DNA of 64,000 nt from Bugula neritina (Eukaryota; Animalia; Bryozoa), in contig OZ037773.1 of assembly GCA_964035545.1 (NCBI GenBank), forward strand, positions 7,345,751 to 7,409,750, read 5' to 3'. Positions 38,451 through 51,989 of this stretch are shown piece after piece. Made by a program: the position numbers and the translations under genes. Position 1 is the stretch's first letter. Every line of letters starts with the position of its first letter. The notes beneath the pieces are model-generated. The model saw nothing but the letters and a program-made list of their open reading frames with translations, was not told where the DNA came from and did no database searches.

Positions 38451-40082
38451 TCACAAATTGTGACCATTCGTGGATGTGGTGACAACAGCCGACTGTGCCC
38501 TGGTAGTATCAGAGTTATCAGTCACTGCATCTCCTGTCTCTCTTTCATCAGTATCAGTGTTTAGCTCCTCCTTAGCGGGTGACTTCACTTTATCAGACTT
38601 CTTGTAAATATCTAACTCAGTCCTACAGCGATAATATGGGCACTTTAGTGACAGGCCAACCAATTATGGTTCGAGGGGAGACAGTACTGCGAGGTAGAAG
38701 ATGGGTAAGAGGAGAAAACTGAAGCCAAGTAAGGAAGAGGTGCTCAAAATATTGGGTGAAGCAATTTATAAAATCAGCATTCTAATTATAACTGAGCAGA
38801 TACTAGGAAAAAGAACAAAAAGATTTCACACAGCCTATGGAGATGTAAAGAAATTATTGAAAAACTGAAGAGCAGACAACTTCGAATCTGACTCAGTTTT
38901 TATTACACCCAAGTATTTTTTAACAAGTAGCAGCTGCAACTATAAAGAATAAAGTACTAAATTTTAGTCTCGGTGGTCTTTCTTTGTTGTTGAGGAAGAT
39001 TTGCCCCTGAATTAGTTTTTGCAAGTATGAATTATGGACATAGTATAATTGGAGAAATCTTATGTAATAAGGATACTTTATGGCTAATACTGATGATGAG
39101 TTAAGCTACAATATATCATGTGATAACGAACTAGCATAGCATTACCATAATATATCCTTGATTAAAGAATAGTTGAACTGGATTATCATTTTAAATTAAC
39201 TATTAAATGAAGAATGGTAATGGAGAATGGTGATCAATGAGTTTATGAACTAGCAGTACAAAAGTTTACAGGAGTTAGCAGTACAAGGGTAAGATAATGT
39301 AACACGACTCTCAAAGCCTTTTCTTCACTCGCAACAGCTCAAACAACTCCAGGTGAACCGTGAAAAACAATTCCAAGTAGATCTGAAAAACCTCTCAACT
39401 CCGAAATATAGTCCTGTGTTATTGTTCTCAGGTCTTTTCATGCAGGAGAAAAGCAAACTGTATACCAGAAAGCATCAGAATCACAGATAAGTACTACAGA
39501 CATCTTCATTTCCCTGTTCCTTGGCTAATCCCACAACTGTACAGCATATACCATAGTATAGAGCTACTGAGGCACACAGTTGACAAGGGAAGGGAGAGAA
39601 TGAAGGAAAACATGTAATATTTATGTAACAGCTACTATCAGATCCAGCTGGAAATTAATAGAGGAGGTTACGTAAGTAAATGATGCCACTTATTGGCTCG
39701 AAGCCAAAAGACAAAAAACTTGAAAGTCAGCAGATTTATTAGTCTGCGTTCCTTATGGTGTAGAGATGATTTAGGGGACACCACTAGCTGGTGCCACTGT
39801 GGTGATGATAAACACGGGCTATTATTATCATACAGAGGAAACAGGTTAGTAACATCAATCAAGTGCTGGCACCAAGTAGCTAGTTATTGCCACACATAAT
39901 ATTATCACAGAACAATATGGCTCCACTTTCTCAGAGTTATATAACCAACCAGCAGTCTGCTCTCACCAAGTCCAGGTATAAAACTTAGACATCATTGGCT
40001 ACAACCTCTAGAGTTTATTACTCAGCTACTCTGACCAATCAGAGTGCAATGCTGCTAGAATGTGGTGCTGCCTACGTGTTTT

Positions 40083-40127
<45 letters not shown>

Positions 40128-43100
40128 TGTGTGTGGTGTGTGTGTGTGTGTGAGTGTGTGCGCGCGCAAGAGCTCGCTGAAACAACTCACAGCTAGCTCT
40201 TTGCTGGAGTAAACTCAAGTGTTGAAACATTTTCAATTTTCAAAATCAGTCAAAGGAGTTACGAAATGAGATCTCGTTGAGTGCCTCATTACACACTTGA
40301 ATAACATTGACTGCAGTTATGTAAGGATAGATAAACGTAGCTAATCATCCGTGCAAAGGATGGTATTTTTACTGATTTGCAAATCAATGAATATTAAATG
40401 TGATACTTGATAGTTATTACATAACGGTGCCACTGCTAATCTAACAGGCTTCACGGGTCATAGATCATATCATAAGGGTAATCAATGTAAACAATCTAAC
40501 TGGAAATTTATGCTTTAGCAGAGAGCTAGTATGCCAACATTCAGCACAAAACAATCACCAATTAACATTATTTTAAGATTATAAGTGAAAACAAGATACT
40601 CAAACAGGTTCATTTGTATCACTGTGACTTTAACTGTAAATACCAGCAAACTATTCACTGAGATTGGAAGTTGTCTACCAAATTACTAGTTCGAACCAAC
40701 CACACTACTAGTTCGAACCAATAACTGATATCTATTGATGAATTGCTTCAAATGCAAGTCAAGATAACTATGATGAACCGCTGCATTGGTGCCTGGTGGA
40801 TGCCTCATGAGTCATTCATAGCCTTAGAGAAGGATGAATCAGTGCGGACCCTGAGGCTACCTCGCTAAGTAATCAACAGCTAGTAGACAAAATGGCCCTG
40901 TGCAACCCTCTGTGCCAGACAGTTTAACTTCCAACTTGAAAAACACAGTTAAACGATTTTCTATTACAAGTAATTAATAAGCCTAGTAAATTATACAACA
41001 ACTGTCATGCAGTTACCGCAGCTTATGAAGAATTCATTCAACACTGACTGGCAAATGATTAATGGTGTGATATAACAGTGAGTGTTGATATTAGATTACC
41101 ATTTTTTACATTGCATCACCTCGGCTGAAAGGTGACATCCAGTGCTGTTTTCATTGGCAAGTCTGCCCCAGTGTAGCGTACAGTGCAGACGGCACCCAAC
41201 TCTGGTGGCTAAACCTGGTCATTACTAACCCAGTTACACTCTGTGTACGGTTACTCTAGCTGTTTCATATTTCTAGCCACATCTGGTTCAGATGAATGCA
41301 TTCTATTGCAGAGTCCTAACAAACTTTAACAATTGAAAAAAGAGTTTTCAAGTCATGAAAAGTGGGTGAATGGACCCGTTGACTGACCGCCAGAAATTCT
41401 TGGCAATTCTGTCCTAGTTGATTGAAAGATATTGCGGAGATTTTCCATTCTTGACTCAAAAGTAGGATTCAAATGGACAACTAGAAACTGGATACCACAG
41501 TTCCTGATGCCAAGTGTATAGCAGCTGAATCTTGGCACCAAAGAGCTGTGAGTCATAGAGCAGTGAAAGCAGGTGGACAATCTTTAGGACTGTGGCTACT
41601 GAGTGGGGTTGGCTTGTATACATGCCTTGACAGCAGCTAACTTGTTCAATCCTAGAAATAATGCCAAGTATTGGTTGCCAGCAGTCATTGCAGGGAACTT
41701 TTTCTTTAAAAAACTCACAAACTGCTGCCTACACATACTGAGGTCATCACTGCTTATTACTTGCGCCAGTTGAGTCAATGTGACTAAATTCTCATTGCAA
41801 CATGGGGCACAACTCCTCAGAGAAAGCTATAATAACACATTTTCTTTTTCCTCTTTTGTTTAGCATTCTACTAACAAAATACTGATGATTTCATCGTAGT
41901 CAAACCACCACTTAGTTGGCTAGCACCAATATTATTGATCACGTGATCCATTATGCAACATATTATTTAGGCTAACTGAGCCAACCATAACCAGGACAAA
42001 CAAAGGAATAATCATGGCTTTTCACTTCCAGCTAATACACTAAGAAATCTCCAGTTGCAAAAGATTAGAAGCTACGTACTTTTTGCAATGGGAATATTGC
42101 AAGACTGTATAAAATGGTTAAATAATATACAAAAAGTGCTGTAATAATATTATTAGGTGCAAAAACTGTGAAGTTCAGCCCATCTTAACTAACAGCAAGT
42201 ATACCAGACGATTTCCCATCAACTGGCAGAAAGGAAGATGGTGACCATAGGCAACACTGGAGGCCGGTACCTGCTCCAGCCAATGAAATGCCACAGCAAA
42301 ACAGAAGCTGTAGTTACATAAGAGAGTCTTGCTGTATCTTGTAGCATGGCGCCATGCTTGTACAAACTCGCCAGGCTAGCATAGATTGCGTATGACATAA
42401 CAAAAACATAATCTAAAAACAGCTACAAACTTGCAAACCAAAACATAGCGTGTTGTGCAAGAGCTTTCCACAGCATGGATACAGTGTGTGAAGCTTTATC
42501 AGGCCATACTCTCTTGTTGAAACAATAAACACAGCTTTTTGTGATATAATGGAGAAGTGAGATGGGGAAGACAGAGGAATATAATGAAGAAGGTTCTGGT
42601 GGTAATACATATGGAGGCAAATTCAGTGAATGCAAAACTCAATACTTTTTAGAAATGTTTGCCATTAATCTTGAAAAATAGTAGTTTTTAGCAAAGTCTA
42701 GATCTACAGAAAGCAGCAATTTAAGAGCAGTAATGGAGAAATTGAGATAGCCTAAGTTCTTTAACTTTTATATTAAATTTTGGTTTGGGGTGTAGGTTGA
42801 AATTTTCTTTTTTTGCTAAATTTCTAATCTAGAAAACAGGCTTTTCTCAATTTATCTATTACTGCACCTAATTAAGAGTTTCGGAAATGAACCCTCTCTG
42901 CTGCTACAATTGACATATTCCAGGGGGAGACAAACCCTGTTGGAAAACGCCTAATCTGAAACAATGGAGAACATACTGGAGTCGTGAGAATTCCTCCTTG
43001 ACTTTGTTCAGATCAACTCTTAGCCTCAGATTCTCTTGTTCCAGAAAGGCTGCTCTTATTGCAATCTCGTCCTCTTTGGCTCTCCGGGAATCTCTAGACC

Positions 43101-46100
43101 TCTTGGCGGCTTCGTTGTTCTTCCGTCTCCTCTCCCAGTAAGAGTCATCCTGCAGAAATATCAACTACATGTATAGGTGTATTCTACAGACTAAACAGAG
43201 CACATAAACTGCAGCATGATCCAATGAGCTGTCACAGCTATGAGCTTGTTCTACTATAACTGAAAGCAGCCTATAAAAGAGGGTTAGACAGGAGACCTCA
43301 ATGCAGAGGTTACTGAATGGTTACAGCACACCCACAGGAATTTACCCTGTATCATAAACTAGGAGAACAACCAGCATATTACACACGGAATAAAGTACAG
43401 AGCCACTAGCCAGAAAGAGGGCATCAATGGCAGGTCCATGGATTACTCATGCCATCATAAAAACAAGATGGCGGACTGTTTAGCAGATCTTGAGTAAAGT
43501 GGTAGAAACTGTAGCCCCACAGTGGCCCAAGCAGCAGCAACAGAGGTTTCTACTCAGTATACCTTGTCATCAGGTATGTTGCGATTCCTTTTGCGGGAGG
43601 TGGCGGGTGAGCCCCGGCCGATGGGCAGATCTTGAACTATGCTTGGTCTAGTAGTGGAAGGCAGGTTGGTTGGAAGGCTGGCTGTGGACAGTTTGTGCAT
43701 CGGTATGTTGTCTGCTCCTTGAATAGGGAATGCAGGGTGACTAGGGACAGCGTAGGAGCTCAAATCTCCGGACATTGGTAAGGAACCTATCAAACAGAGA
43801 ATAAACATTCTTACCTTCCAAACTAAAGTAGATATGTACAACTACTGGGACTATATTCACTGTCGGCTAAGATTGTTGTGATTATAACCAGCGAGCATGT
43901 AGATAAGTAAGTGGAAAAGTAGACAGGTAGGTGAAAAAGTAGACAGGTAAAATGAACAGGTAAGTGTGAAGGACATGAAAGGTAGGTGTTGAGGTAGAAT
44001 GCAGGCTGTAGATATCACGCTTGGCCCACGGATAAATGATGGGTAAAAACAGAGGATGAAACAACTTCTAACAGCCAAGGTGTTAGGTAATGGAGAAGAG
44101 ATGCAGGTAGATTACATTGTTTAGGCCTACAATATCTGCATTCAAAGAAGCGGAACTACCATCATATTTCCTCTACAAGGGTTTGTGTAACCACAAAGTC
44201 TTACTATAACTCAATTCCACTATGTGAAGTTCTAGCAGTCTACAGAGAAGACTAGGGTGTAATACCTGTGCATTATAATACCTGTGCATTTACTACACTA
44301 ACTTCATTTGTGCATTTACTACACAATTTCATCCATAGATCTTACACAAAATATTATAAATTCAAATTAGGTGTAAACTTTCCACACTTGATGTAATTTG
44401 CAGCAGGTCTGCTTATATATATATATATATATATAGAAGGGGGTTGGCTGCCTACCAAAGATTCCATTTTTCCGTTTCCTGCCAGCTGGCTGAATAGGCT
44501 GGTGATTAGATAATGGCAAAGTGTCTGCATAGCTTAAGGACTGGTTAATGTGTGACTGGCTGGCTTGGGGTGGTGGCGTACGGCTCCGAATTGAAGACTT
44601 AGAGCTCACGCTGTCATCATCACCTACAATAAAGTACAACTCAATAAGATATGTTCTTTCTTGCAGGGTGGATAAGTTCTTAGCCCAATTTCACAAAAAA
44701 TCCTTCCATCAGGGTTTTCTCACGGGGATGGTGACTATAAACTTGTGTGAGTTTTTTTCTTTTGCAGAGTGTCTAATAAGATGGAGAAAAAGATGTGTCT
44801 AGAAATTGGGAAAGACTTCAGATTACATTGCTTTCCATCCCCGCATATCTAGCACTCTATACCAGGTATAATGGTGTATTGTCTACATTTTGTGCCTGCA
44901 TGGTTAGATTATGGCTGACAATATTATACTTGTTGGTTACCATGTTACAGAAATAGCTCTGAAAATTCTTTCTATCTTGTAGTTTCAAGTTATTATTAGT
45001 TAGACTTCCACAACCTGAACAGTAAACAGAGACTATATCAGAGTGCTGATTACCAACTCAATGGCAGTGGCAGCCAGCCACAACAGCAGCAACACTTGTG
45101 GATAACTCCTATCAATATTGCACAAGTATATCACAAGTATATATTAGTACAAGTATGTTAGTGTTATATACAAACATTGAATCATAACAAAATAGGCCCA
45201 GAGCAACCAGAAACAGACTGGGAGAGCTAAAATGGAACAAATTTTCAGACTAAAAGTACACAACTTTTCCATAAAAACTCTCCACGCAGACAGACCCCGA
45301 TAACTTGCCAAGACCACACAGAATGCCAAAGTCTACATCGGAGGGATTATGCAACACGGACCACCCAAGAGGAACGACCACCCAAGAGGAACGTTTCCCA
45401 GAAGAGACAAAATACTCCATTAGTGCAGAAGAATTAGTGAAATAGAAGCATCGGTACGAGTGGAGATTTCATCAGTACTTAGGTCTACAAACATTCAGAT
45501 AATTAATTTGCTGTTTTCAAACAGTAAGATGGTATTACAAATAAGAATGTAGCCCGAGGACAACTTTGACCTTCTCCACAGACAGTCGGTGCCCTTTAGA
45601 ATGAAACGTAAGAAGATTAAGATAAGTGGTAATGTCATCGTGACACGTCAACCTTGTGTACCTTTCGATCAGCTCGAATTTCAACAAATAACAATCTGAT
45701 AAGCATTCGTATCAAACTGAGAGCCTTTGGATAATGAGAAAGGAAGTTGCAGAACTAAACAGTGGACAGGATCATTTAGGAGCAGAAGTGGAGAAATTGG
45801 ATAGCCTAGTTTTTTAAAATTTTTTATAATATAACTTCTTATGCTACATTTCTAATCTAGAACACAGGCTTTTCTCAATTTCTCCATTACTGCACCTACC
45901 TCGACAGGAGAGCTGCACCCAATGAGAACACAAGACCTGCTTCTACGCTGACTTAGGCAGCATGATGTAAACAACATCTTGCATCACTCCAAGCAAGCAA
46001 CCTTACCAGAAAGACTTCAGCAGTAAGGCCATAGACAGCAACAATTATTAGGTGTGAATCCATCATATTCAACATAAAAATGTCAAAACAAATGATTTCT

Positions 46101-49100
46101 TCATAAGATTGCTTAATCACTGGCATTATCAAGCCAACCACAGCTAAACTAGAAAGGATGATACACTTTGCTGAGTATAGGAAAGCTACCATAAATGGCA
46201 CACCACTAAGAGAAGTGGCCTGGGCTCTAGATGAAAAACATTGCAGTTATGCTCCTTTGAGATTTTCAGCCTGTAACCAAAATTAAGACAATTCGAGAAC
46301 TTAAGCTATTCTAATTCTTGTTATTTTACCTAAATGGGAGGAAGGTGGGGTGAAAAGTGTCTGCCAACCTAAAATTTCAGGAATTTGTAGATTTTAAAAC
46401 AGACTTTATTAGAAGTTGCATGTTCATCAGCTGCCGGTTACAAATACAAACCACATGCTATTGGAACCAGGGATACTGGGGAAGCTTTGAAAATCAGCAG
46501 CAGGTAGGAGATATCGCAGCAAGCTACAACCTGCATAGCAAGCTACTGAAGCTGACACAATGGCTGCAGTAGTCTCTACAACCTTCATAGGATGACAAAC
46601 AACATAATTTGTTATAATAAGATGTGTGAGTAGACCTGGGAGATGGAAGACATTTTTCTAGTAACAAAAAACAAGAACAACTACAGCGGACACCTGTTGT
46701 TGTATGCCAAGTTAGTCGCCAGTCAATATAATGAATAGAGATGAATCAACAATTATAACCAGTTTACGTAATGATAAGATGCTTAGACAGTGCCCCTAAC
46801 AAAGCAACTGCCTACTGCACAGGGTGCTTGATATTTCTATTCAAATGACTGAAGTGACTAGAGCGCTGAGGCTATGATAATATGATCTGGCGCAATAGTT
46901 ACATAAGCAGCTATTTACATATGGAGCTGAAAATTCAATAGCATACATGTGTTTGTTTGTGCAGTATTCTGAGGGTTACATTCAACTATGTATAGCTTGC
47001 ATGTTATATAATAACACTGAAAGACTGAACTACAGCAGCCGCCAGCAAAAAGTAGCCTCACCAGTTTGCTGGGAGGTGGACAGGTGGTTGTTTCATTCCG
47101 AGGAGATTTATAACATGTAGAAAGGCAAAAAATGAGATTGTTACCATCCTGAAAATATTTGTCTTCAGTTATTTATAGCAGCAATTTATCAAACATGTAC
47201 AAGGTTAAGGAGTATGTTCATCTTCTAATGTAAGTGGTGGAAGCAGTAAAGAGCTGGGAGGGGGCACAAGGAGTGGATACATGGATAAGGAGAGAGGTGA
47301 CTGAAGCATGCCATGATATTATAACTGCAAGACAGTAGTGTGAGTGAGTGTGGTGTGTGAGCATATGAACTTGCAACTGTTATGTAATATTGATTTATTC
47401 CAATTAAAATGGAGTTCAAGCATGTATTTATTAGCTAACCGGTCAGTGTGAAGGGTTAAATGCACTGAACTTGGCTCAGTTCAATAACAGCCGTATTATG
47501 TAACACAAGCTCACCTGTCAACAATTACCTGAGGACTTCGTGAGGTCACACAGGCACTTACCTAGCTATTGATTCCACTATGGATTGCAAGTTACATGAA
47601 AGGCAGTGTTCACCACGATTAAACCAAAAAGGCAGTCATGAAAATATTATGACTCGCTGTTTGTTGTTAAAGGGAACTGCTGCCCAAAAGCAGATAGCCT
47701 TAGCACCTCTTAACACAAGAGTTTTAAACAGTTTCACCACCATGGTAAAAAATCAGGCTACAGAAATGTATTGCATTACTTCAAAATAACACTAAAAGCT
47801 ACTGTAGATTAACTTTGAGTTAACAGCGAAGTTTGTTCTTGAAAATTCTACAGATTGCATCTGTAGCCTGTAAGACAGGCACTAACAACACCCAATCATG
47901 TATTTCTCCAAGTTACTAAAGCTGTTTGGCAGGGCAGCCAACATTCATACCTTGGGCTATAGTTTGTGAATGTCTAGCCAACTACATTGCAGCTTTTATT
48001 GGTTGTCACATTAATATTGTCAGCGGAAAAATTTGGTAGTAATTTATGGGACTATACACTACCCAATTTATAATACAACCTACCCATGCAGCATGCACCT
48101 ATGTAACATTTCTTTTAAAGGCTAAAAATTTTAGTTTACAAAATTGGAAGCACCAATGGGCCAAAATCTAATTCATAGAGTCTTCTACCTTTGCTTTATC
48201 CACAGCTTACCGTAAGGTGAATGCCGCAACTCATCACCGCTGTGACCAGAACCATTGTTGGTGCTGAGACCGCCGTGGTGAGGGTGCATATTGGGAGAGA
48301 TAGAGTGGCTAATAGGAGGGGAAACTCTTCGACTCATCATGGGGGAGGAGCAGGTCCCGCTGAAACTGTTGGCTTTGCGTGCCGGCTTAGGTATTTGGGC
48401 TATGCTCTCCTCACTAAACTTTCTTGTCATTATCTGAAATGATGAGACATGCTGCAACGCCTATTCAAGTCTAAATGATGGCACATTTTTATATAAAAAT
48501 ATTTTCGTATAAAATTCTCTTAAATAATTGACTAAACTATTTTATGAATATTTTAGTGTATTTAGGAGGTGAGGTGACAGATTGTGGGTTTTCTGTTAAA
48601 TGTGTCAAGAGTTGGAAGAGCAGACTGCTGTTAACATGTTCCCTTAGCAGTCAAGTGGTACCACCACTATTTACTGAGAGAGAGGGGGGGGGGTATATTG
48701 ACACATGTGTGACCCCATCGGCTTACAGGGGATATAACCTCAAGCAATCTACCCACCTGCCTCTGGAGGGCCTCTGAGAGAGCCAGTTGCTCAGCCACTT
48801 GGTTGGTCTGTATGAGATTGCCTAGTCCTAATCCCGGGTACAGGGGGAACGATTCCTTACCGTAGAGTTTACCAGCGCCGGCTGTAACAAATGACATGGA
48901 TAACTAGGTGCTGAGGCTATAACTAGGTGCTAAGGCTAGTGTGTGACATAAAGAACTAGGTGCTGAGGCTAGTGTGTGACATAAAGAACTAGGTACTGAG
49001 GCTAGCTAGTGTGTGACATGAATAACTAGGTGCTGAGGCCGAAGCTTATATAATGAGATTGATGGGCGACATGAAGGCATCATAATATTACCATTTATAA

Positions 49101-49808
49101 CCGCAATGAATGCTAACTCTAATTTAACAGTCAGGAGAAAAGTTTAGTTTTGAGATAAAAAACAGTATTATTACCATTAGAATGAATTACTGTGGCTTCA
49201 GTGAGACCGCAAATAACGCTGAAGCCAACATAGATAACCATCAGTAAATTGAATAATGTTGAACTTACCAACCAGAAAGAAGGCTTATAGTTACCTAATA
49301 ACTTGAATCTAGAAAAGCTTTACATTTGCGGTTTACCACTTCACTTTAAGCATATTTATATTCTCTCCATAATTAATAACCTACCACCACCAGTACCATT
49401 GACAACTGGGTTATCACCGTTCAGCTCCATCTTCCTACCACTTGACTGAACTTCTTGCTGTAACATGGCCGCCGCAGCCAGAGGGTTGTTCCAAAGGCTG
49501 CCCAGACCCGCTGATACCAGGCTAAGCATGGCTGGGTTCAAAGCTGCTGCTGCGGCAGCGGAAAGACTTTGCTGCTGAGCAAGCATCATGGCAGCCGACA
49601 AGTCATTCGGAAGTCTCTGCTCGGCCATGAGGTGCTCGAACTGGGCACGGCTTGCGGAGGAGGCGTGGCCTTGCCCCGGAGATATGCTGATTCCACTATC
49701 GTTACTAATCTTTCGGAGGGAGTCATCGGAGCTGGCGGACATATTGGAGGATTTTCGAATGGCACCACTCCGCTCGGTCAAAGGCTGAAAAAGGGACGCT
49801 TCAGGCAT
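38451..49808 (-). CDS. PAR-family bZIP transcription factor (giant/CES-2-like), spliced C-terminus isoform, ~502 aa
   Basis: Exons 49808-49385, 48881-48757, 48433-48211, 44623-44456, 43786-43563, 43149-42977, 38622-38451 join in frame. Basic region [45 protein letters not shown] ([10 protein letters not shown] as in Drosophila giant); zipper continues [24 protein letters not shown]. Confidence 0.8.
40083..40167. repeat. (GT)n microsatellite ending in (GC)n
   Basis: Directly visible alternating purine-pyrimidine tract. Confidence 0.95.
42722..42870. mobile_element. MITE with ~30 bp terminal inverted repeats, TA-flanked
   Basis: GCAGTAATGGAGAAATTGAGATAGCCT ... AGGCTTTTCTCAATTTATCTATTACTGCACCTA; second copy at 45777-45898, partial end at ~58712-58740. 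Confidence 0.8.
42904..49808 (-). CDS. Same PAR-family bZIP gene, read-through C-terminus isoform (~469 aa, ends [25 protein letters not shown])
   Basis: Same first five exons; the bZIP exon 43149-42904 is read to its own TAG (ORF 42904..43164 in the track). Confidence 0.7.
45777..45898. mobile_element. MITE, same family as 42722-42870
   Basis: TAGGAGCAGAAGTGGAGAAATTGGATAGCCT ... TTTCTAATCTAGAA ... AGGCTTTTCTCAATTTCTCCATTACTGCACCTA. Confidence 0.8.
48900..49040. repeat. Minisatellite (AACTAGGTGCTGAGGCTAGTGTGTGACAT-like) next to the bZIP exon acceptor at 48882
   Basis: Five AACTAGGT(G/A)CT cores. Confidence 0.85.
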
Positions 49809-50029
49809 ATCTTCTATTTACCATCTGCAATGTACAGCTTCATGTTACCAGATAGTAGCAAATACAGACAAACTATTGTTACTCAGTAACAGCAGTGCTA
49901 CCAGAGTGCACTATGTTTCTAAATAGTACAAAACGAAGACAAAAAACTAATGGTGTTTTTATTGCCTTAAAATGTGTATCTTTGTTTGATATGGTTCACT
50001 TGGTCAGAATTGTTCAGTCCAGGATGTCG

Positions 50030-50105
50030 TTTTAGCTGGCCAATGTGGCCCGGACCTAGCCAGTGTGGTCCGGACTTAGCTAATGTGGCCCAGACCTAGC
50101 CAGAT
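50030..50105. repeat. 20-bp tandem repeat x3-4 (GCCAATGTGGCCCGGACCTA)
   Basis: Directly visible. Confidence 0.85.
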
Positions 50106-51989
50106 TGTCATTGAATGCAATGTCAGCCTGTCACAATCCCCTTTGGCTTACCAACCCTTGATTTATTTAATTACATAGTTGACTTCACTTTGTTGGCTGC
50201 ATATAAATTTCAAGACCCAAATGTTTTATTTAACCAAAAGTGAAGGTTATTTGGTCATCTACTTAGTTTATTCAGGTCTAAGAACTCTATCATTTCTCTA
50301 AAAAACCTGTTTGTAAGAGTTTAACAATGATACATTGAATTTCAAAGCAAATGTCCATATCGGCCACAAGAGTGAAAACCCGTTTGGTGAGAGATTTAAG
50401 AGTCATGCTCCAGAATTATCAAATGACGACAGCACGTTAATTAAATTTTTACGTAACACCTATATGAATATAACTATTAGGAAAGCTATTGTCATATTTT
50501 GATATTGAAAGGTGACCAGGGTTCTAGTCCCAAGAAGTTTAGAAAGCCCACCTGTCTGTTCAGGATGTAAAGGTAATAACACATAAGATGTTTGGAGATG
50601 CTTGTAGTGAAGGTTGCTATGAGAAAATGTTTTCATCTTAACTAACTAACGAGATAATGCTGATCCATAACACTAATCGGTATAAAACCACACTACAATT
50701 GTTCACATACATGTATTATATAGCAATAAATGAAATATCAATATATAAAATAATAGTTAGAGTTTTACATGATAGAATATTTTGCAGGTGGAATTTAATT
50801 TAAAATTTTCAAATATTGTCTTTGATAATGATTTTATTAAATCATCCACCTATACTATTGCTGTAATTATCAAGTTAATAACTTTAAAACAATACCAATA
50901 CCATATTTTTGTATGAAAGTGAAAGTATGGGTGTAACTATTTCCAATATAAAACTACCAAGTCCAATGTAGTTTAAATTTACTGAGTGGTGGGTAGCAAA
51001 AATCAATCAGCCATAGTGACAATTGAAATGCAAGCTAATTATTCAAGTTGTCAACTAGTTATCCAGAATTCTCTGAAATATTTGTTTGAAGCAGGTTAAA
51101 ATGCTGATGTTGTACAGACTATTTGAAATCTTGTTTTGTTTTCATTAGTATTGCCATATATATATATTCATCAGTATTGCACCTGTTGATACTAAATATA
51201 ATGACTAGCTTGACAAAAACCATCAACTGTTGAATGACAAATCAAACCAGTTTATCTGTCTTGCTAAAGTTTTCCAGTAGAGTAATGCATACACTTTAAA
51301 AATCAATATAAGCTTAAATTTGTGTTGATGGTTTAGTTAAAATCATCTATATATACAACTTTCTTAGTGAATATCATTTCAAGTGTACAACAGTAGTTAA
51401 TTATCACAAATAACTGTTCCTAAATTATCTGCCGTGAATAAAACTGTACAAATGGGTTAAGAGATAGATTTCAAGTTCAAATGTATTACATGTCCTTATT
51501 ATTGTTTTCCGATAGAATTTAATTAAACAAATGTATAGTAAAAAATATAGGAACAGTTGTGCATATGGCCAAAGTAAAATAAAATTCAAATAAGCACCTT
51601 CACACCAACTGAAAAGTAATTAAAGCACTTGCATAATCATTCTTTCCAGTAGTTTGAGAATAGGTACTAGCACTATTAATAGCCTACAGCCAAGGCCACT
51701 ACGTGAGATTTCGAATCTTGCCCTCACATTTGCCAAATTTAACTTCATAACCAATAACAAATACGTGCAATAAACAGACGGGCTGAAATAGATTTCCTAA
51801 CACAACGGCAGTTTCTAATAAGTAAAAAGTTGAACACCAATATTTATATGGGGATGGATTTTCATGAACACAAAGTCACATTTGCTCTAAGACTTAGTAG
51901 CATCATTGCCAGTAATGAAAAGCTTCACAATTAAAATTGATGTAAATCATATATACAGTAACAATAAAAAAGATGAGCTTACACCGCAA

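Noticed and set aside
41353-41778. Two adjacent minus-strand ORFs (75 and 60 aa) in the bZIP intron
   Set aside because: No homology recognised and no splice sites linking them in phase to the bZIP exons.
47062-47120. Minus-strand donor CTG|GTGAGG inside a bZIP intron as an extra exon
   Set aside because: The phase required to join exon 44623 has an in-frame TGA and there is no convincing acceptor.
49569-49889. Plus-strand ORFs antisense to bZIP exons (also 48221-48442 and 44548-44802)
   Set aside because: Shadow ORFs of GC-richer coding exons on the opposite strand.
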